From contig NW_021829998.1 in assembly GCF_006345805.1 (NCBI RefSeq), forward strand, positions 1 to 5,613: 5,613 nucleotides of DNA, read 5' to 3'. The notes under the pieces are model-generated. The model did not search any database and was not told the DNA's origin. It saw only the letters and a list, made by a program, of their open reading frames with translations. The DNA comes from Octopus sinensis. Its lineage: Eukaryota. This document shows, one piece after another, positions 1 to 5,613 of this stretch. Position numbers and translations under genes: made by a program. Within the stretch, counting starts at the first letter, position 1. Every line of letters begins with the position of its first letter.

Positions 1-115
1 CACTAACTGTCATCAATAACACTACCAGCAGCACTACCAACATCACCAGCATTATAACCACCACCTTCACCATCAACCAAAACACTTCCACCACCACATC
101 CACCATTAACAATAT
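1..115. repeat. Degenerate trinucleotide low-complexity tract (ACC/ATC/AAC/AGC-type), open at the window edge
   Basis: C/A-rich with 3-nt periodicity, e.g. ACT ACC AGC AGC ACT ACC AAC ATC ACC and ACC ACC ACC TTC ACC ATC AAC. G is scarce on the + strand. Confidence 0.8.
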
Positions 116-191
116 TGTGTTTCTTTTTAAACGGAAGTTTCTTATTTTCCAGCAGAGTCACTGATAGTCTAAAATAATTGTAATGTATTCA

Positions 192-305
192 CAAACATAC
201 ATACATATGTGTGTGTGTGTGTATACATTTATGTATTATATCCATGTTTATATGTTTGTGTGTATATATACTTGTATATGTGTGTTTATATATGTGTATG
301 TATAG
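192..305. repeat. Compound (TACA)/(TG)/(TA) microsatellite
   Basis: acatacatacatatgtgtgtgtgtgtgtata followed by interrupted TA/TG alternation. Confidence 0.9.
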
Positions 306-589
306 TTTATTTTCCCTGCATGTATTTGTTTACGTGAACAGCTGCTGAATTGTGGGCAAATGTTCAGAGAGAAATCAATTCTAGATTTGGTCAGTTGCCC
401 ACATCAATAATCTTTTTACTCTTCATCTTATGCACATGCAGTTATATACAACTCATATATACACTCATACGTGTGTGTATGCATATCATACACATAAGTT
501 CAAACATGAATTTGTAGAATTTAATGAATATTACATATACTAACACTTGCAAAGAATTTTATGTTTTAATAAATGGTTAGAGTAAGACT

Positions 590-887
590 TATATGTAGAT
601 ATATATGTATATATATGTATATATGTATGTGTATATATATATATATTATATATATAATATATATATATATATATTATGTATATATGTATGTATGTGTGTG
701 TATATATATATATTATAATATATGTATTATTATGTATGTATATATGTATGTATGTATTATGTATGTATGTATGTATTATTATATATATATGTATGTGTAT
801 ATATATGCGTTTTTATATATATATGTGTATATATATGCGTGCGTGTATATATATGTATGTGTATATATACGCGTGTGTATATATGTG

Positions 888-924
<37 letters not shown>

Positions 925-955
925 ATATATATATGTGTGTATATGTATATATGTA
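590..955. repeat. Long compound (TA)n/(TATG)n/(TG)n microsatellite
   Basis: About 365 nt of nearly continuous alternating purine-pyrimidine sequence. It generates the Y/I/M/C/V-only ORFs at 573-983, 676-1020 and 722-1117. Confidence 0.97.
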
Positions 956-1320
956 CTCCTTTTTCTCTATATCTTACAAATAGTCATGTATATGTCAATA
1001 CATATATGTCATATATATAATATAATCAAATGTATGTTTCAAATGTGTGTATCAATATGCAGGTACATTTTCACATACTCAGACATATATTCACACTTTT
1101 ATACAATGCATAAATGATATTTTATCCTGGATATATACTTTTCTATCTTATATAGGTGTATATATGTAAAACACATTCATATTCTGTAGATTTATATGCA
1201 CATACTTTCCAATACATTATAAATATGTTGAGCAGGACACACATTTTCTCTCATTTATATTCATGTACATGTATAGAGACATACTTTTATATAAAGTAAA
1301 CTTTTAACTCACCCACCATG

Positions 1321-1349
1321 TAATACATACATACACACACACATATATA
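1321..1349. repeat. Short (TACA)/(CA)/(TA) microsatellite
   Basis: taatacatacatacacacacacatatata. Confidence 0.8.
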
Positions 1350-1642
1350 GAAGGTTGAAAAGGAACATGCGAGTTGATATATATGGAAAAAAAAAGTCAA
1401 GGTAGAAAATGCTAAAATAATTTTATAAAATATATTTCAGTACCAGTTTCAGTCACTGAAACTTTTTCAACTGTAAGTATGGAAAACAATTAAATTTTGG
1501 AAAAATTAAAAGAAAAGTTTTTTAAAAGAATATTTGCATAGTACTCAAATACAAAGGGCGTTTTTCTTGTTTCTGCCTGTCTCTGTCTCTCTTGTTTACT
1601 CTTGTGGGTTCGAAGTCCTTGTGAATTCTTGGCATGGAAGAA

Positions 1643-1660
1643 GGAGGAGGAGGAGGAGGA
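1643..1660. repeat. (GGA)6 microsatellite
   Basis: Six perfect GGA units inside a purine-rich patch. Confidence 0.9.
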
Positions 1661-1678
1661 GATAAATGAGGGAGTGCC

Positions 1679-1748
1679 ATGATAGTAGTAGGATGTTAAA
1701 TGGTCAAGTGCCCTGAAAGCGACTTGTTGTAGATGGTAGTAGTGATTG
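1679..1748 (+). repeat. Direct repeat copy 1 (70 bp)
   Basis: Aligns without gaps to 1899-1968 at an offset of 220 nt. The first 29 nt (ATGATAGTAGTAGGATGTTAAATGGTCAA) match 28/29, and the whole unit matches 56/70 by manual count. Confidence 0.9.
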
Positions 1749-1898
1749 AATTCTTGGGACATCTCTTTTGAATGTATTGTTTATAAAATTTGCATAGGTG
1801 TTATTCTAAACAGTAATAGTAGTAAGGTTAGGAAGGAGGTGGCGGAGAGGAAGAAGATGGAGAAAGAGAAGAGAGAATAATAAAGGAATGCAGTTGGT

Positions 1899-1968
1899 AT
1901 GATAATAGTAGGATGTTAAATGGTCAAATGACCTAAAAGTGGATCGTTATGGATTATAGCAGTGATAG
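1899..1968 (+). repeat. Direct repeat copy 2 (70 bp)
   Basis: ATGATAATAGTAGGATGTTAAATGGTCAAATGACCTAAAAG... matches copy 1. Both copies are preceded by a GA-rich tract. Confidence 0.9.
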
Positions 1969-1981
1969 GGACTGTTTTTTA

Positions 1982-2807
1982 ATGAATTATTGGGAATCTC
2001 CACAATGGAACAAATCACTCAGGGATAGAAAGTTTGCCTTTTGGAAGATTATCCAAAACAACCACAAAGTGGATGTATATGAAAAATGGCTCATTTGGAT
2101 ACCGTTAATTCTCCCACATAAATTCCAGATCAAAGCCATTACAGATAGACCTGAAACACAAAGACGCCTCAGGGAAAGAATGGCAGTGGAAAAAATGCAA
2201 ATGGAAATAGAACTTCTAAAATTGAGGGCCCAAACAAATGAAAATAAAGTAAAATCCACCGATGAAGAGATCAACTAAGAAATTAGTAAAATGATACAAG
2301 GCCCCAATCAAGAGAAGATCTCCAAACTATGGAAAGAGGGTAATAAAGAACTGAAATCCCTCCAACACTGGGAGAAAAGTGCCTCTTGGTTCTCAAACCA
2401 TGAAACCATCTTTCAAACAGAGCATGCCTCCAACAACCCTTTCCTGAAAATAAGAAAATCAAAACAACACTCAAACACTGATGCACACCTGTCTAAAAAT
2501 CGGAACCACCAACCCTACCAAAAAAAGAATACAGGACTAACCCTATTTTGTAAGCCACCAGCGATACAATATTGGGAGTACAATAACTTTAAAGAGAGAA
2601 AGGAAAAATGATTACCCACAGGATAGACATGGCAACCTTTCCCCCCACCCACCCATAAGGAGTCACCAACGAAATTTTCATTCCAACAATCTACTAAACA
2701 ACCATGCACAATGAACCCATGCCACATGCAATAATTACCAATGACGGCCCCCTAAAACACATCTGAACATGGGAAATTATTTTAGAATTTTCTACCGTGA
2801 CTTTTTT

Positions 2808-2808
<1 letters not shown>
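1982..2808 (+). pseudogene. Decayed reading frame, probably an ORF1-like remnant of a non-LTR retrotransposon (LINE)
   Basis: Seen directly: ORFs 1949-2278 and 2291-2611 are in the same frame, separated only by TAA at 2276-2278 (...DEEIN*EISKMIQGPNQEKISKLWKE...). Another frame is open from 2541 to 2711 and continues through TGA 2712 and TGA 2742 as an N/H/P/R/Q-rich tail. The segment is non-repetitive and A/C-skewed, unlike its flanks. From memory, not a search: the pattern W-x5-RK-x-AFW...YEKW...IIP-x-KFQIK...PE-x-Q-x2-R...E-x-ELL-x-LR...LWKE...S-x3-W resembles repetitive 'uncharacterized' octopus and gastropod proteins found upstream of endonuclease-RT ORFs. Confidence 0.55.

Positions 2809-2809
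<1 letters not shown>

Positions 2810-2840
<31 letters not shown>
2810..2840. repeat. Perfect (TA)15 microsatellite
   Basis: Uninterrupted TA run directly after the decayed ORF. Confidence 0.97.
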
Positions 2841-2845
<5 letters not shown>

Positions 2846-3438
2846 ATATATGAATGTTATGTCTTTTTATCTGACTATCAGTCAATCTGTATATATATGT
2901 CTATTCAACTCACCACATGAGTATTTAGCTGTTTTTTTTCTTTTATATAAAATAATTTTGAGAAGATACACTTAGATCTAGTGCTTACAAGTTTGATATT
3001 AAGTTTTCTCCAAAACTGAGAAAATTTTATTTGTTCATTTCACTGTTTATTAAAGTCACAAATCGTAACATTATGACATTACTAATGGCTCAAGTACCTC
3101 ACAAATTCTGAAACTTTTACAAGATAAAAAAGAGTTATGAGTTTTAGCTGAAACCTGTAAGTACTTGTGTGTTCATAAATTATGAATCAGGATTTTTTGA
3201 GAAGTGTGGGTTATTAGACATGTTAGTACAACAGCAGTATCCTTGATATTTGTAAGTTCCTCTAGACTGATGAAATTGATGTGGATGAAGCCAGTGGAGA
3301 CTTGCTCAAATTATTGTGTGAACTTTGGCTTTGAATATTTCTAGTTTAACAGGCCAGATTCCTGTGTTCTAGCTCAAACAGAATTAGCTGCCACATAAAA
3401 GTTAATCTAGTGAACAGGTTTCTGTATGAAGCCCCTCC

Positions 3439-3650
3439 TTTTATATTTGCTTTCCTTGCTGGCATGGATTGGATGGGTTGTTAAGGCTAAGTTAGTTCTT
3501 GTACCAAGAGTTGAAGTTTCTGTCATCCTACACTATTTGGACTTCTACATCATGCTCCATTATTTTGTATGGTTTCTTTCTTTGAATGCCTTTCCTAACA
3601 CTAGTCATTTTATTGAATGATCTAAGCCCTTTATAGTGTCGTACTGGTAC
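3439..3650 (-). mobile_element. Degraded interspersed repeat with an RTE-type 3' tail (SINE or LINE 3' fragment), minus strand
   Basis: TTTTATATTTGCTTTCCTTGCTGGCATGGATTGGATGG (3439 onward) and TGGTTTCT...TGAATGCCTTTCCTAACACTAGTCATTTT (about 3570-3611) match, in the expected order and at plausible spacing, my recollection of a very abundant Octopus repeat (TTTAACGTCCGCTTTCCATGCTGGCATGGGTTGGACG ... GGATGCCCTTCCTAACGCCAACC). This is recalled similarity only, and the boundaries are approximate. Confidence 0.6.
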
Positions 3651-3719
3651 TAGAGAGGGTATCTTGTCCCATGCAAGAGTTTGCTACACATTATTTCAAG
3701 GTAAACATGACTGAGACTT

Positions 3720-4200
3720 TGAAAAGAAGAGAATGTGATGGAAGAAATAAAGATAGGAGTGAGAGAATGGTAGAGAAGAAGTAATAGAAAAGAGAGTAAT
3801 AAACAGCTACATACTGATAGTTGATAAGGAGGTTGACTTGGAAATAACCTAAGAAGCATGATTAAATTGCTAGGTAGTTGTAGGATAGCAACTGATAGCT
3901 ATTAATAGGATGGACTAAGGTATGTGAGAGTGGAAGATGTCACATGGCAGAGTGTGATGGCTAGTATAAAGATGAGTGATTATAAGGGTACTAGATGTGG
4001 ACAGGAGGTTAAATGCCATCCCTCATTACATTGGGATCATGGGAGTGGTGGAAGAAAGGTAGAATGAAAGGATGATAGTGATTAAATACTGAAGGACCAA
4101 ATGTTATTCCTTGTCACAGAGGTGAGCTGGAGAGTGGGTGAGTGATAGATGAAAGGGTAACAAAGAAGGCAGTTGATGACAATAGAATGTAATGGAAGAG
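3720..4200. repeat. G/A-rich degenerate region containing a diverged relative of the 70-bp direct repeat (about 3785-3856)
   Basis: Strong purine skew. AGAAAAGAGAGTAATAAA...TGATAGTTGATAAGGAGGTTGACTTGGAAATAACCTAAGAAG parallels AGAAGAGAGAATAATAAA...TGATAATAGTAGGATGTTAAATGGTCAAATGACCTAAAAG in copy 2. AGGAGGTTAAATG recurs at 4003-4015. Confidence 0.45.
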
Positions 4201-4709
4201 AAACTTCCCAATATATAAATATATTAGTCCTCCCAATCTCTGTTACTCCTGTCACTACTACCACCATCATTTTAACAACTGTTTTTGTAAGTTTTGTTGC
4301 AGAGAGAGTTAGAGAAAAAAGTAAAAAAAAGTAAAAAGAAATGTGTGGCGATTCAAAGTTTAGTGCTTTAGCTTCAAAAAGGCCAAATGTTGCCACCATA
4401 AAAGACAAAGCTATTTCTTCAAAGTATCTAAACTGAACCTTGTTGACATGTTGTCTTTTGATAGCAGAAAATACAGCACACACAGTCACATACCAAATTA
4501 CAAAGGAAGTCACAGTTTCTTTGAATCATTTCTGTAAAAAGACATCAGTGGTATATATTGGTTATTGCTGTCATAGTATGAGCCACTGTGCCGAACTTAC
4601 TATTCTTGTACAAGTGTTGCTCAAAAATAAACCTACAATTTTTTCTTTACATAGTACAACTTCATCCTGACTTGATGTTTGTGGCTCTATGTCTGTGTTT
4701 CTTTATTAG

Positions 4710-4781
4710 ATTTCAACACAAATCACAACCAGATTCTATTAGGATATAGTAAAAATCAGAATTATTATAATACCATCATTG
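4710..4781 (+). CDS. Candidate internal coding exon, 72 nt, phase 1-1, encoding (x)FNTNHNQILLGYSKNQNYYNTII(x); product unknown
   Basis: Branch-like CCTGAC at 4666-4671, no AG between 4655 and 4707, acceptor GTGTTTCTTTATTAG|, donor TTG|GTGAGT. The length is divisible by 3 and only the phase-1 frame is free of stops. No homology recognised. Confidence 0.45.
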
Positions 4782-4844
4782 GTGAGTGCATGGTATCCCT
4801 GCAATGATGTTAGAAATGGTAAGGAGTTAAACAAAAAGAGACTG

Positions 4845-5130
4845 GCGGGGAAAGAGCAGAAGAAATGTAAGAGGTGAAAAGACAGAAAAGAAAATAACAA
4901 AGGAAGAAATAACAAAAGAAGAAAAATGTGTGAAAAAAAGAAAGAAAAAGAAAAGAAGGAATGTGTTAGAGAAAGAGAAAGGAATGAATGTGAGAAAGAA
5001 AAGGATAGAAAGAGAGAAATGTGAAGGAATGAGTGAGGGGATAAAAATATATCAAAATAATAAAAAGAGGTAAATGTTTTGGATAGAATGAGATGGAAAA
5101 CAAGCTACAAAATAAAGCATAAAGGTAGAT
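4845..5130. repeat. Purine-rich low-complexity tract (GAAA/AAAG/GA)
   Basis: Almost entirely A/G on the + strand, e.g. aaaaaagaaagaaaaagaaaagaagga, with a locally repeated aaataacaaa(g)gaaga unit. Confidence 0.85.
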
Positions 5131-5356
5131 AAGTTTTTAGGAATATTCTGTAGTAGAGAGCCATCTTGTGTTTCCTGATTCTTTGAGGGGAAAAAGGTTT
5201 CTAACTAAACAAGGATCTATTTAGCAAGCGTGTGTCTCTTTTATGTCATAACATGTTTAGAACCACATAAAAGCCTTGCAGCTTTCAGCACCTTTATCAT
5301 GTAAATCTTGTTCAATAAAACCTTTGAAATAAGTGGGGAAATGTGTAGAATATTAG

Positions 5357-5392
5357 CTGTTCGGTGCTGTTGTTCTTATTGTTGCTGTTGTC
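5357..5392. repeat. Degenerate (TGT/TGC/TTG) trinucleotide tract
   Basis: ctgttcggtgctgttgttcttattgttgctgttgtc. Confidence 0.6.
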
Positions 5393-5576
5393 ATTTATCT
5401 CTTTCACTCAAGGAAAGCACCCAGAGAAGAAAATTAAATATTAAATATATTTACAGATGTGTTTATATTAGGTGCATGTGTGTGTGTTTGTATAATGAAT
5501 ATCATAGTCATCATTTTAATGTCTATTTCCTTGCTAACATGATTCAGATGATATTCATAGAAGCATGCTTTTGAAT

Positions 5577-5613
5577 GTATATATATATATATTTATATAC
5601 ATATATATATATA
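5577..5613. repeat. (TA)n microsatellite running to the window end
   Basis: Interrupted TA run. Confidence 0.95.

Noticed and set aside
3-164. Thr/Asn/Ser-rich open frame resembling a mucin
   Set aside because: It is explained by the degenerate ACC/AAC/ATC triplet tract. There is no visible start, and it runs into an AT-rich tail and a stop. It cannot be fully excluded because the window cuts it.
573-1117. Three overlapping + strand ORFs of 114-136 aa
   Set aside because: They are translations of the TA/TG/TATG microsatellite, which rarely generates stop codons. The peptides consist almost only of Y, I, M, C and V.
1679-1968. Direct repeats as a CRISPR array or LTR pair
   Set aside because: There are only two close copies, they are diverged, the context is eukaryotic and there are no cas genes. 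They lack TG...CA termini, a primer-binding site and internal coding sequence.
1987-2727. Minus-strand ORFs 1987-2274, 2283-2486 and 2515-2727
   Set aside because: They are antisense shadows of the + strand decayed frame, with no recognisable motifs.
2276-2744. Internal stops as programmed readthrough or selenocysteine
   Set aside because: The main interruption is TAA, which cannot encode Sec. There is also a frameshift and no SECIS was identified. Ordinary decay is the simpler explanation.
1970-2807. GACTGTTTTTT (1970-1980) and GACTTTTTT (2799-2807) as a target-site duplication around the ORF1-like relic
   Set aside because: The match is imperfect and mostly poly-T, so it is likely chance in this composition.
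3172-3186. Palindrome TTCATAA-A-TTATGAA
   Set aside because: It is short and almost entirely A/T, so it is expected by chance.
3141-3260. GTAAGT donors at 3157 and 3252, including a possible 9-nt micro-exon at 3148-3156
   Set aside because: The acceptors are weak and purine-rich, longer exon models contain stops in most or all frames, and the GTAAGT count is near chance expectation.
3267-3330. CTGATGA as a hammerhead ribozyme core or snoRNA box C
   Set aside because: There is no stem II followed by GAAA at a suitable distance. Box C needs a preceding purine, and no box D with a terminal stem was found.
4400-4430. Minus-strand peptide YFEEIALSF, reminiscent of VPS18 YFEEIALKF
   Set aside because: The flanking residues do not follow what I recall of VPS18. 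A short match in an AT-rich ORF is plausible by chance.
2769-5574. Remaining short ORFs (2769-2975, 3426-3620, 3650-3859, 4082-4513, 4440-4670, 5308-5574) and 1490-1762
   Set aside because: They overlap microsatellites, low-complexity tracts or the decayed repeat, several begin at non-ATG codons, and none has a recognisable domain.

Overview
This is AT-rich, microsatellite-dense eukaryotic DNA that reads as intronic or intergenic. The repeat content suggests a coleoid cephalopod such as Octopus; that is an inference from recalled repeat families, not from a search. There is no intact gene, RNA gene, CRISPR array or prokaryotic-type feature. The main contents are: (1) several (TA)/(TG)/(TATG), trinucleotide and purine-rich low-complexity tracts, which explain most entries in the ORF track; (2) a decayed + strand reading frame of about 275 codons (1982 to about 2808) that joins two listed ORFs across one in-frame TAA and resembles the ORF1 of a molluscan non-LTR retrotransposon, with no ORF2 behind it; (3) a degraded minus-strand interspersed repeat with an RTE-type 3' tail (about 3439-3650); (4) a 70-bp direct repeat (1679-1748 and 1899-1968) with a more diverged third copy; (5) a well-signalled 72-nt phase 1-1 candidate exon (4710-4781) and some weaker micro-exon candidates; and (6) a pre-miRNA-sized hairpin (346-406). 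I cannot claim a new biological system from sequence alone. The best leads are the ORF1-only relic, the candidate exon and the hairpin.
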